Positions 10,746 to 21,221 of a stretch of 64,000 nt of DNA are shown here, one piece after another. Both the position numbers and the translations under genes were made by a program. Under the pieces are notes generated by a model, which worked only from the letters and a program-made list of their open reading frames with translations, did not search any database and had not been told where the DNA came from. The DNA comes from an uncultured Gammaproteobacteria bacterium (GTDB taxonomy: Bacteria; Pseudomonadota; Gammaproteobacteria; CAWCPV01): assembly GCA_963797555.1 (NCBI GenBank), contig CAWCPV010000004.1, positions 64,001-128,000 on the forward strand, in the 5' to 3' direction. Every line of letters starts with the position of its first letter. Within the stretch, counting starts at the first letter, position 1.

Positions 10746-11924
10746 TCACTCGTGCCTAGTGCCCGCTGGCGCCGCGGCCGGGGACTCGAAGTATGGATCG
10801 CCGTCGGGAACAGCGGGAATGATCTCGGCGAGGCGATCCAACTGCTGCTTTATACCGCCGACCGGGGGCGGCTCGATGGCCTCGAAGTGTGCCCCCTCGT
10901 AGCTGAACTTGCCGCTGCCGGAGGGATACTCTATGCCTATCTTCAGCGCGTGGGACTCCCCGTCGGGGGGAATGTAGGAGCGGAATGTCAATACGTAATC
11001 ACTCTGCAGAATATTTTGGATGTCTTCGACGATGGCCTGCATCCGGTCGACTGTTTTCCCAACCGGAAAGTAGAGGCCGAAGGAGTTCTTGGAAAGCGCC
11101 TCCAGGTTCTTGAAGTGTTCCGGGCTGAGGTGGGAGTAGGCTATGGAATAGATCGGAATGGGAATGGCCAGGCTGGTGATTCGATTGTTGAGCTCTTCCC
11201 GGGACAGGGCGCTTCCCTCGTCTTTGCCGTCGGAGAGGACCACCACCGAGCAAGACACGACGAAGTTCTCCGGGCTAGGCGTCACCGATCCCTGTGCAGT
11301 CATGGCGCACATCTGCATCGCCGCACCGATCGCGTCGTACAGCCGAGTCCTGTGGCCATCCGCTTTAACGTCCATGAGGCGGCGCCCGAGTGCGGCGGCA
11401 TCCCGCTCGAACAGGGAGACCACCTGGTAGCCCTCAGGCGTGTCCCGGACTGACAGGATCGCCACCTCGTCCTGGGGCCGCTTGCTGTCGATGAACCGGG
11501 CGGCGGCGCGAAGGGCTGCATTGAACGGCGCGCCGGCCATGGATTTGCTCGCGTCCAGGACCAACACCGAGCGTATGGCCTCCTGGCGCTGCCTCAAAGT
11601 GTTCACGAGATACTGGCGCTTGGTCGGATCATAGGCCCGGCCCTTGACCATCAGCCCGATATTCCGTTCGTTCAGGTTCACGAGCGGCCGCATATTCGCG
11701 TCGAAGGTCCGGAAGTAGACCTGGACGAAGGGATACAGACCGTAGTTCACGGAATAGATCTTGAGGCCGTAGCCACCAGGAGCCCCGGGGGCGAAGGTCT
11801 GCGCCGCGCTCGGCGAGACACACAAGGGTGCCAGTAGGAAGAGCACCGCGGCGCAAATTGCGCGCAGCCATGTGTTCCTGCTGAAAACTTGGAAAGCAGG
11901 GGCGTCATCGGTGCACATCGGCAT
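10746..11924 (-). CDS. Exported von Willebrand factor A (VWA) domain protein
   Basis: Signal peptide (..SPSAA-Q) and MIDAS motif DASKS..T..LSDG. Confidence 0.85.
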   Translation of the reverse strand: MPMCTDDAPAFQVFSRNTWLRAICAAVLFLLAPLCVSPSAAQTFAPGAPGGYGLKIYSVNYGLYPFVQVYFRTFDANMRPLVNLNERNIGLMVKGRAYDPTKRQYLVNTLRQRQEAIRSVLVLDASKSMAGAPFNAALRAAARFIDSKRPQDEVAILSVRDTPEGYQVVSLFERDAAALGRRLMDVKADGHRTRLYDAIGAAMQMCAMTAQGSVTPSPENFVVSCSVVVLSDGKDEGSALSREELNNRITSLAIPIPIYSIAYSHLSPEHFKNLEALSKNSFGLYFPVGKTVDRMQAIVEDIQNILQSDYVLTFRSYIPPDGESHALKIGIEYPSGSGKFSYEGAHFEAIEPPPVGGIKQQLDRLAEIIPAVPDGDPYFESPAAAPAGTRHE

Positions 11925-11959
11925 TTCCTCCCGGTTGGTGTGGTGTTGGATGCGTCGCT

Positions 11960-13711
11960 TCAATAGACCTTTTCCGTGCGCTTTGGAATGATCGTCCATT
12001 GCGTGTTCTCCTCGGACTTGGGCGAGTGTGCAGTCGACCGTCTCGGGGGCGCCTTCCGTTCCGCCCTGGCGCCGGTGGCGACGTCTCTGTCTCGCGACGT
12101 GCTGATCTGGGCCTGGACGGTCTGGCCCTTTGCCGCGGGACGAGTGTCGGGTCGGGGGGCTGGTGGAGGCTCCGGCGCCTGGGGGCCCGCAGAAGGTGGT
12201 AGCTCGTCCTCCCGCTTCAGATGCTGCTCGAGAATTTCCATTGCGGTCGGCTCGGACGGCGCCGTGGCGGAGGTCGAGGCTGTCTCGGCGCTGACGGGCG
12301 GCTTCGCTGCTACGGGCGCAGGACCGGTCTTTGTAACCGGTGCGGGGCCGCTTTTTGCGCCGGCGGTCTGGGGAAGCGCAGGCGTCTCGACCGGATGGGT
12401 CTCCTGTGGGAGCTCAGGTCCGCGCCCGGCGGCGGGGGGGACCTGCGGGGTTGGGCTGGGCCGCCGCTCGACCGAAACCGGGTGCGGACCGCTCTGGTAG
12501 TTCCACCAGATACCGATGGACGCCGCGGCGGCGACCGCGGTCAGCACGGTCACCGTCACCCATGGCCTTCGGGTTCGGGTTACCGGCCTGGATGGCCGGG
12601 CCACCCCCGGCGCCGTTGTCGGGATTCTGAGGCTGTGAGGTGCGGTCACGGGCCGCGCCGCGGCTCCCGTCACCCGGACCGTCTTGGTATTGGGGACAGA
12701 AACGTTCACCTCTCCCGCCTGAAGTGCTTCCGTGAATTCCCGGATCGACTGCTGGCGGTTGTTGGGGTTCAGCTCCAAGGCCCGCAGGAGCGTCTCATCG
12801 AGCGTCGACGGCAGACCGGGTACCTTGGACGACGGCGGGGCAACCTCCTTGCCGGCCAGCCGTTCGTTCACGGCTGGTGGAGTGTCTCCGGTCAAGAGCA
12901 TGTAAACCGTTGCGGCGAGCGCGTAGATGTCCGACCGCGGGTCGGTGCCGGTACCCATGACCTGCTCGGGCGGGCTGAAGCCATAGGAGGCCGCACGGGC
13001 CTGCAAGCGGGTCATGGAGGAGGGAGTCGACTCCTTGGCGATGCCGAAGTCGATGAGCATGACCCGGTCGCTGTCGTCGAGCAGAATATTCTCCGGCTTG
13101 AGGTCCCGATGGACGATGGGGGGCTGCTGGGAGTGCAGGTAGGCGAGCACCTCGCAGAGCTGGCGCATCCACGGGAGCAGAACAGGCAGCGCGATGCGGC
13201 CCCCCACGCGGATCCTCTCGGTTTCCAGGGTGCGACTGCCTCCGAACTCGAGCACCAAGTACATCATCTCCCCGACAGTGAAGCGGTCGATGATGTCCGG
13301 TATCGAGGGATGGCTGAGTCGGCTGAGAACCTCGATTTCCTGCTCGTCGAATTGAGGCTTGGGGATCTCCTTCAGGGCACGTTTCTTGTCCTTGAGGCGC
13401 ATGTCCTCGACGAGGTAGGTCGCCGCGAACCCACCTTTCCCGAGGATTCCTTTTATCCGATAGCGGTCTTGGATGACGTCCCCGGGGGGGTGGAGCCACC
13501 CAAGAATGCCGCGTACCGAGCCATTCGGTGCAACGTCGAGATGCGCGAGATCGAAGCCGCAGTGCTGGCAGCGTGTGTTGGACGGACCCAGGGCCGCCGG
13601 ATCGTTCGCCCCGCCGCACTTCGGACAGGTTCTCCCCCCGGAGTCTGGCTCGAGGGTCCGAACGCCGTCCTTCGAGCTCCCCTCGGGCGCGGCGTCAACG
13701 ATCTGGTTCAT
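11960..13711 (-). CDS. Membrane Hanks-type Ser/Thr kinase with N-terminal zinc ribbon and Pro-rich extracytoplasmic tail
   Basis: CPKC..CQHC, GKGGFA, ALKE, HRDLKPEN, DFG, PPEQ and one TM helix. Its own ATG (13711) overlaps the corrected stop of the upstream transporter. Confidence 0.9.
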   Translation of the reverse strand: MNQIVDAAPEGSSKDGVRTLEPDSGGRTCPKCGGANDPAALGPSNTRCQHCGFDLAHLDVAPNGSVRGILGWLHPPGDVIQDRYRIKGILGKGGFAATYLVEDMRLKDKKRALKEIPKPQFDEQEIEVLSRLSHPSIPDIIDRFTVGEMMYLVLEFGGSRTLETERIRVGGRIALPVLLPWMRQLCEVLAYLHSQQPPIVHRDLKPENILLDDSDRVMLIDFGIAKESTPSSMTRLQARAASYGFSPPEQVMGTGTDPRSDIYALAATVYMLLTGDTPPAVNERLAGKEVAPPSSKVPGLPSTLDETLLRALELNPNNRQQSIREFTEALQAGEVNVSVPNTKTVRVTGAAARPVTAPHSLRIPTTAPGVARPSRPVTRTRRPWVTVTVLTAVAAAASIGIWWNYQSGPHPVSVERRPSPTPQVPPAAGRGPELPQETHPVETPALPQTAGAKSGPAPVTKTGPAPVAAKPPVSAETASTSATAPSEPTAMEILEQHLKREDELPPSAGPQAPEPPPAPRPDTRPAAKGQTVQAQISTSRDRDVATGARAERKAPPRRSTAHSPKSEENTQWTIIPKRTEKVY

Positions 13712-16015
13712 CGTCCCTCGCGATCCTTTAGTTTCAGCCCCAGGAGGGCAACGACCAGGAACACCAGTCCCAGTGCGGCGACTGCCGCCAGGTCGCCCCA
13801 GTAGCCGCCCGATAGCGGCACCACCGGCTGACCCGCGAGATCTCGCGCCGAGGGTGCCCGGGCCGAGGGTCGCTTTGGCGGCGTCGAAGGCCCAGAACGA
13901 TATCATCGTGACCTTTGCGGTGGCGAGGGCCAGTCCCTGCAACCTCACGACGGCGTCCGCCAGGACCACCTGGGGGACGAGCAGAATGGGAACGACCGCG
14001 ATCGCCTTGTCGTTGGTGCCGACAAACGCGCTGACAGCCAGCCCCATGTTGGTTGCGGCCATCGCGGCGGCGAATAGCGCGAGCAGGCGCTTCCCGGTAT
14101 CGCCTTCGAGCGGTACGAACGGCGCAACGACGCAGAGCAACAACACGCACTGGATACCACAAAGAACCGCAAGCGGGATCAGCTTGCTGGCCACATAGGG
14201 CGCAATGCGGAGATTGACCGACCGCTCCCGCAGGTAGACGGGAAGCTCCTTCACGATCTCCCGGGCGGAGTTGAGGCATCCGAACCAGATCGCGGCCAGA
14301 ACGAGGACGAACGTGACTTGGCCGTGCAGCGCTGCGGGGAGGGGGCCATCGGTGTGGAAGACCAGAGCCACCACGCCCGCGATCGCCGGCGCCTGCAGCA
14401 GCAGGATTGCCAGGTTCCGCCGGTCCGCCAGCAGGAGGTCGAGATACCGCCGTATCAGGATCCCGGCCTGAGACAGAGCAAACGAGCCTCCGGGCTCGCT
14501 GACGATTGTGGCCGGAACCCCTGCCGCTGCGTCGTTATCGGCGCCGCTCGGCAGCGCCATGCGCGCCGCGACGTATTTTTGATAGTGCTCGCTGCCGGCG
14601 AAGCGCCCCGCCCACTCGGGCCCAGGGGCCGTCTCGAGCACATCATAGACCTCCGCCAGCCGCCGTACGCCGAAGAACTCCGGGGCATCTCCGGGAGGCC
14701 CGAAAAACACCAGACGTCCCTGATGGAGCAGCGCCACGAGGTGGCAAGCGTCGATGTTCTCGAGGCTGTGCGTGACGCAGATCACCGTCTTGTGGTCCGA
14801 GGCCAGATCGGCGAACAAATGCATCATGCGCTTGTCGGTAGCGGCATCCAGGCCACTCGTGACCTCGTCGAGGAATAGCAGATTCGGGTTCGCAACCAAC
14901 TCCACGGCCAGGCTGACTCGTTTGAGCTGACCGCCGCTCAACGGCGCGGGCGTATCGATGCGAAACGTGGCCTTCTCGCCGAGACCCACCCGCTCCAGCA
15001 CTCGGGCGATGTGGTCGTCGATCTCTCCGTTCGACGTATCCGGAGGCAGCCGGAGCCGAGCGGTGTAGCGCAGAGCGTGATCGATGGTAATCCGCCGGTG
15101 AACGATGTCCTGCTGGGGCACGTATCCGATGGCCGAGCGGAACTGGTCGAAGGCATCGTACAGACTGGACCCGTTGTAGAGCACCCGGCCGCCGGTCGCC
15201 GCGCGGCGTCCGCTCAGAGCATCGAGCAGCGTAGACTTGCCGGAGCCGCTGCTGCCAAACACGCCCACGAACTCGCCCGGCTCTACGGTCAGGTCGATAT
15301 CGTCGAGGAGACGACGCGTGGACTGCCCCGTGCGGTCACGAACCTCCTTGTAGAGCCCCTGGGCCTGCACGCGCACGGTTCCGCTGAGGTCTACCGGCTC
15401 CAGGGCCTCTCCCGTGAAGGAGAAGACGAACGTCGCGATCTCGACACGATCGCCGGGTTGAAGCGCTGTCCTGTCCGCGACACGGCGCCCATTCACGAAC
15501 ACGCCGTTGGTGCTCTGCAGATCCTCCAGGATGACTCGCGAGGGCTCGCAGATGAGCCTCGCATGGTGTCGCGACACCAAGGGCGAGGGGAGAGTGAAGT
15601 CGCACTCGGGGAGTCGTCCGATGGTGAGCACCGTGCTGGCGCGAGGACCCTGCGGGCTGGCGTCGGAGGGCCAGGTCGGCGCGGTGGTCTTGTCGGTGAC
15701 CACCCTTAGCTGAAAGGGCGTTTGTCCGAGGAGCAGCCAGTCCCCGTCGCCGATGGCCGAGGGGGCACGGATGGACAGGCCATTCACGGCGATAGCGTCG
15801 CTACCTACCGGCTCGACGGACAGCGCCGCGCCGGTGAAGCGAAACCGGGCATGCCGGGCCGCGATCCCAGCGCCCCCGAGAACGATATCGCTCCCGGCAT
15901 CGCTGCCGAGCACGTAGTCCCTTCCGGCAGACAGGTCCACACGGGTCCGCTGGCGGGTGAAGGAGCTCAGGAGTTCGACCTGCGCGCCTGGCTCACTCGC
16001 CGTGTTGTCCGCCAT
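13708..16015 (-). CDS. FHA-FHA-ABC ATPase-permease transporter (Rv1747-like), one-base frameshift near 13841
   Basis: Two FHA domains (the second with GR..SRHHA..STNG), Walker A GSSGSGKS, LSGGQ, LDE and an ABC-2 membrane domain. The last TM helix (GYWGDLAAVAALGLVFLVVALLGLKLKDREGR*) is in a shifted frame ending at 13708. Confidence 0.88.
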
Positions 16016-16527
16016 GTAGCCGTATCCTCGCTATACGGGGATCATGCGCACGCGGAGCCTCCGGCGGACTCGCGCGAACCGCTTCGGGCAAGGGACGACA
16101 GCGGGCTGTGCGGTGTGTGGGTCCCGCCGGCGCTGTTCGTTCGTCCCGATCTCTTCGCCGCGCGGGCTGCCGCTGCGCCGGGCATCTCCCCTGACAGCCC
16201 GGTTTCGACGGGTCGGTCCACGGCGGACACGCTGGCGGATGGACCGGAGCTTCGGCATCGGAGTCCTCCCTGGCATTGGGGACCTCCTCCGATGCAAAAC
16301 AGCGGCTGAGTGCGCACGGCCGGTGCGTTGCGGGAAGGAGATCAACCCGGTCACCTGCCGGAGCCTCCAGTGACCGCCGAGACATCCGGCCGCCATGCTC
16401 TTCGGGTTCCACCCGGACGGCCTCGCGCACGGCGGCTATGGGGAGGCCACCCCCTCATTTGCCGGATGAACCCCAAAAAGGCCAAGTTCCTATCCGTCAG
16501 CACGCGACATCGGTCCGTCGCCACACT

Positions 16528-17352
16528 TCACGACAAGAACTGCCCGACCAGAATAAGGACGAGCATCATCAGGCCAAAAGTCACTAAAACAAATCCGAAG
16601 GACTTGCCGCCCACGCGAAGCCATTTTGGAGGAGGTCCGGTTCTCCGCTTGTCAAGCTCCCGGGTGTCTCTGAGCCTCTGAAGCTCCAGGGGCTTGTCGT
16701 GCTCCATTTCCTCCAGGGAGAGCCTCCCCGTAAAAATAACCGTGTCCATGGGAAATTTTTCCGGCCTAAGGTGAGTGTTAAAGAAGTGTATGGTGAAGAT
16801 GAAGCCGGCGGCAAGCAGCGCCTCTTCGCTGTGTATTATGTGCGCCACATTGAATATCCATCCAGGCAGAAACCGGCTGAAGAGATCCGGAAACCAGAGC
16901 AGGAGCCCCGAGAGTCCTATCATTCCTACGCCCCAGAAGACTGCCCAATAGTCGAACTTCTCCCAGTACGTCCATCTGTCGAAAACGGGCCGAACGCCCA
17001 GGCCCAGGAACCACTTGAAGCTTTGATAAACGTCCTGGATGTCTCTCCAATTTGGCACCATGGACTCGGGTCCAAAAATATCGAAGCGAAATCTCTTTTT
17101 GACAGCGATGAAGTAAGCCACGAACAGGAGGTGAGCACTGAAGTACCCGAAGGTTATGACAGCACATGCTCTGTGGATAAGACCCGCCATCTTGTACCCG
17201 CCGAGAATCCTCATGAATGGCGCCGCCCAGGCCGCGTAATGGTATTTGAGGGGCATCCCGGTTATGACCAGACCGAGGAAACTAATGGCCACGAAGACGT
17301 GCAGGACCCTGTGGTAGGGGCTCAAGCGCTTTATGTAGACGGCTTCATCCAT
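16528..17352 (-). CDS. Di-heme cytochrome b membrane subunit (FdnI/CbcL b-domain-like)
   Basis: [43 protein letters not shown] and several TM helices. Confidence 0.85.
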   Translation of the reverse strand: MDEAVYIKRLSPYHRVLHVFVAISFLGLVITGMPLKYHYAAWAAPFMRILGGYKMAGLIHRACAVITFGYFSAHLLFVAYFIAVKKRFRFDIFGPESMVPNWRDIQDVYQSFKWFLGLGVRPVFDRWTYWEKFDYWAVFWGVGMIGLSGLLLWFPDLFSRFLPGWIFNVAHIIHSEEALLAAGFIFTIHFFNTHLRPEKFPMDTVIFTGRLSLEEMEHDKPLELQRLRDTRELDKRRTGPPPKWLRVGGKSFGFVLVTFGLMMLVLILVGQFLS

Positions 17353-18319
17353 TTCCTTCACCCCGTTTCCGTTCGAGAAGCGTGCGTAATATCCACAGAA
17401 AAGTATGCAGCAGGAAAAAAGCAAATACGCCGATGAGAAGGATCTTCATGAACCAGTGCGTGTAGAAAAGAACGGGGTATTTCGCCCTATTGTGTTCGTC
17501 GGGGTGAGGATGGTACTCGGTGATGCCCCGGCCTGCGAATAGGTGGCATGTTCGGCAGGTGCCGAGGATTTTGCCGCTCGAGATGGTCGAAGCCGCCGCG
17601 CTTTTTGGCAAGATCTCGTGGAAGCCGTGACAGTCCGAACATTTGGCAACGGTGGTGTATCCGAGGTGGGTAACCTCGCCGTGTATTGTCTTACGGTAGG
17701 TCTCCAGCCTGTGCTTGTGGCAGCCACCGCACTCCTCGATTAGCCAGAGCTTCCAGCGATCTTCCGTCACTCGAGGCGCCGCGTGCTCCATGTGGCAGTC
17801 ATAGCAAATGGCAGCCTTCAGATCGCCCTTCTCGAGGACCTCGGTGCCATGGATACTGCGGCTGTATATCTTATATTCGAAATAATGGCAACCGGAGCAC
17901 AGCTTAGGGACATTTTGCCTGTAAGTCCTCGAATCAGGGTTGTCAGATGGAAGGATTTGGTGCGTGCCGTGGCAGGTCTTGCACGCAGGCCCGGACCCTT
18001 TTCGCACCGCTTCTGCATGAGGGCTCTGGCTGTAGGCACGGGCCGCTTTCTGTGAGGCGCCCAGACCGCCGGTCAGGTGGCAGGAGTCGCAGTCCACCCT
18101 GTGGACCGTCCCGTGAGGGTAGCCCTTGACCCTGGTGTGGCATTGGGTGCACTTGAGGGCTTTGTGGACAGACTGGCGCAAAAGGGACTCATCTATATAT
18201 GGCGTCATCCCTTTCTGGCCGTGGCACGAAAGGCAGGACTCCTGTGCGCGAGCTTGGTGAGGAACAGAGAGTGCAATGAGCCCTGAGGCGAACAAGACCG
18301 CCGATGCGATATAACGCAC
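17345..18319 (-). CDS. Nine-heme periplasmic cytochrome c with C-terminal membrane anchor
   Basis: Signal peptide and 9 CxxCH motifs (CLSCH, CTQCH, CDSCH, CKTCH, CSGCH, CYDCH, CGGCH, CSDCH, CRTCH). GTG start with GGAGGAGG. Confidence 0.9.
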   Translation of the reverse strand: MRYIASAVLFASGLIALSVPHQARAQESCLSCHGQKGMTPYIDESLLRQSVHKALKCTQCHTRVKGYPHGTVHRVDCDSCHLTGGLGASQKAARAYSQSPHAEAVRKGSGPACKTCHGTHQILPSDNPDSRTYRQNVPKLCSGCHYFEYKIYSRSIHGTEVLEKGDLKAAICYDCHMEHAAPRVTEDRWKLWLIEECGGCHKHRLETYRKTIHGEVTHLGYTTVAKCSDCHGFHEILPKSAAASTISSGKILGTCRTCHLFAGRGITEYHPHPDEHNRAKYPVLFYTHWFMKILLIGVFAFFLLHTFLWILRTLLERKRGEGNG

Positions 18320-18576
18320 TTATCCTCCTCCCCGGCCCCGTGATGGCAAAATAGGAAACCGGGTTCCCTTATCCCTTAGGCTTCAAGAAAGGGGCGAGCG
18401 CCGTGGCCTTGCCCTTACAAGACTGCGGCACTCTCGCGCGTGTCCAGTTTCAGGCGGAGGCCGGTCGGCCGCACCCTGGCATCGATGAGAACGTCGACGA
18501 TCCCCGCGGCCCCCGGCAAGCCCACCTGCGCGACTCCCCCGGCGGGCTGGGCTCGGAGACCGCATCATATCCCAAT

Positions 18577-18732
18577 CTAGGCTGTAGTGCCTGCGGCGCT
18601 TCGCACCCCCTGCTTGCAGGACCCCTGACGAGTGAGCTTCATGAAGCGAAGGGACAGCATCATGAACCGCCAGATCTGGCGCACGAAGCTAGTCTGACGA
18701 CGCTTGTCGGCCTTGGTGATGATGTATTGCAT
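18577..18732 (-). CDS. Small basic protein (51 aa) immediately downstream of sqr
   Basis: ATG 14 nt after the corrected sqr stop, preceded by AAGGAGGAG. Sequence MQYIITKADKRRQTSFVRQIWRFMMLSLRFMKLTR.. looks amphipathic. Confidence 0.6.
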   Translation of the reverse strand: MQYIITKADKRRQTSFVRQIWRFMMLSLRFMKLTRQGSCKQGVRSAAGTTA

Positions 18733-18745
18733 GGCTGCTCCTCCT

Positions 18746-20180
18746 TCAGGGAAGGTGCTTCCACATGGGCTTGGCACTCAGCTTGTAAAGGAACGCATGA
18801 TGGAGGCCTTTTTTGAGCCACGCGCCGGCAAGCCCCATTTCCACTGTGCTCCCACCGAACGTCTCGGCCGTGTTCCGGATAGAGCTGACGGTTGCGCACG
18901 ATGGGGTAGATTCCGATCACCGCGGCCGAGCCCCGGGTCCAGGAGTTCTTCATAGAAGCGATGCACATGCCCGCGGTTTCTGCCAACGAGGCCGAGTGGC
19001 ATGGCTCGCGTCCCTGGATCATCTCCGCGACGTTCAGTGCCGCCGCCTTGCCAGTCAGCTCGGAGGTGTAACCGGTACGGGGAATCGCGGGACTGATCGG
19101 AGTGCCATGGGAGGAGACACAAGGCTTGGACATGCAGCCAGGCGGCGCGAAGGCGATGCCTACGGCGAACAGGTTCTTGTAGGTTGGGTTCTGGTAAGTC
19201 GAGGGCCAGTCACGGGCATCCAGCTCCTTGTAAGGTTTGCCGTAGACCGCGTCCACCTTCATGAAGCCGGCCGGGTTCAGCAGCTTGTCGGATAGATCGT
19301 TCCCTTCCCGGTCAAGATAACGTATCGGCTTTCCCCTGAACGGAGGGATGAGCATGGCGAAGTCGTAGGGGATCTCACCGTACTCGCCGTCTTCGTTCTC
19401 GGTGTAAATGCGCTGCTCGTCCACTTTGTGGACAGCGGTCTTCACCTGCCATTGGATGCCGTAGTCAGCGAACACGGCCCGGCACATATCCTCCGAAGTG
19501 AACAGAACCGATCCCATCCGAGCCTCGAACCCGTCGATCCCGAAGTCGCCCGGGCACGGTTCGTTGGAAACCCACTTGAGATCGACCTGATCTCGGACTT
19601 TGCGATCCACCAAGTCGTTGTGAACCAGGGAAATGAACTCGAAGGCGGCACCCTGGCAGGTGCAGGCGCCGTGCCCGGTACCGACGACAATGGTGGCACG
19701 TCGGCCCCTCTTGAGCTCTTCCACCAGCTCCAGATAACGCTGGGCTGTCTGCTTGGCGTGGTCCGGGGTGCAGACGGAGTACGTGTGGCCTTTTTCGGGC
19801 CCGAGCCCAGGGGTCGCATCGAAGTTGAGGTGCGGACCCGTGGCGTTGATGAGGTAATCGTAACTGAGGCGGAGAGGTTCCGTGCTTGCATTGCCGCGCG
19901 GCTCCACGACCACATACTGCTCGTCCGGATGCACCTCGGTGGCGAGGCCCTGAACGAAAGAGATACCCAGTCGGTCGTACACGGGCTTCAGCTCGAACTG
20001 GGCTTTTTCCGGCTCGATCTGGCCGATGCCAACCCAGATCATTGACGGGATGTACGTGAACATCGGCGTCGGGTTGACCACTACGATCTCGTGGTTACCC
20101 TTGCCTTTCAGAGCATCTTGCAGAATCAGCGCGGCATACTGGCCGGCGAAGCCGGCACCCAGAATAACTGTCTTCGACAT
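18746..20180 (-). CDS. sqr: Sulfide:quinone oxidoreductase, SqrD/type IV-like, extra G near 18852
   Basis: GAGFAG, YIPSMIWVG, NATGP, SVCT, GTGHGACTCQGAAFE, GIAFAPP, PRTG and GMCIAS. The C-terminus EMGLAGAWLKKGLHHAFLYKLSAKPMWKHLP* is in a shifted frame. Confidence 0.88.
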
Positions 20181-21016
20181 GTTACATCCTCCTCCTGATG
20201 GCCGGTCGTCGGCGACAACCGGCGTCCTCTTCATCTATCGCGATCCCCTGGCCCCCTGGAACTCCGCCAAGGCGACCGCCGTATCTGTTTCACGCATTTT
20301 CTTATGGCGGGGGCAGGCGCGGACGCGACCTTAGTCCCCCCTCCTGGTGGACAACTGAGCCTCGTTCATTCAAGACCGCCGGCACGTATGCCATAGGACT
20401 GCCCTGACCCCCGGAAGCGGGCTCCGCCAGGCAACCGCGGCGAACTGGAACTCCGAGACCACGGTGGCGGACCCTGTCCGAGTGCGATGCGCTTGGCTCC
20501 GGAACCCCGCGCCATCGACCCTCGGCCCGGTTTTTGCGCAGCCTGGATTGCCACGGACTCGCGAGCGCCCCTCCATCGTTCGCACCCAATGGGAGAAGCG
20601 CCCTCTGGGCCCGACTCGCGCGCTTGCGGGTGAGGCGAAGCTGAATGTGCCGACCCACCCGGGACGGGTCGCGCGCGTGGACGAGCCAGAGGGTGCGGCA
20701 CGAACTTGCCGTGCGGTGCCGCCCGGCACCAGCACTACGATGGCACAGCCAGCGACTAACTGAGGGCACTGCCGTCGTGCCGGTCCGAATCTGCTGCAGG
20801 AATTTTCCCGCACGGTCAACATGCGAGCAGTTGTCTGGCCAGCAGCACTCCCCGCTTCGCTCGACGCGCCGCGAAACGTACTCGCGGCGCTACCGCGGTC
20901 TCCAGGGCTCGCCGCTTCCTGCCTTCCATGGCTCCCCATAGCAAACTCTGCGACCCACCGTCTCAACGAGAGGTTAGTCCCTGGAGAGGGCGTGGTCAAG
21001 GCTCGCGCATCCCGCG

Positions 21017-21120
21017 TGTAGCGCCAAAAGTCCTAATATCCCCTTTTGGCGCTCGGAGGGGGACGCATGAGAGAAGGGGTCATTACGATGAGCCGGAGAG
21101 AGTTGGAGCGGCTGCAGAGG
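21017..21120 (+). mobile_element. Left-end remnant of an IS1202/ISNCY-like element
   Basis: Starts TGT, has an 11-bp inverted repeat AGCGCCAAAAG/CTTTTGGCGCT, a GGAGG RBS, and transposase-like N-terminus MREGVITMSRRELERL which then breaks off. Confidence 0.5.
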
Positions 21121-21221
21121 GGGCAAAACACCCTTGCAAGTCACGAAGGACGGGTATCAATCGCACTCTCAGCTCTTTTTCGCAAGCTGCATGATCGTGC
21201 GGGACTTGATACCAACGCCAA

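Noticed and set aside
12310-12360. Short tandem duplication (KSGPAPV/KTGPAPV) in the kinase tail
   Set aside because: Two degenerate copies in a Pro-rich linker are ordinary low-complexity sequence.
11960-16015. 1351-aa FHA-ABC-kinase fusion in the ORF track
   Set aside because: The linker is out-of-frame nonsense. Removing one base near 13841 restores the final TM helix and a TGA overlapping the kinase ATG, so these are two genes.
20696-20710. Sigma54 promoter-like GGCACGAACTTGC
   Set aside because: GG to GC spacing is 9 nt rather than 10, and it points away from sqr.
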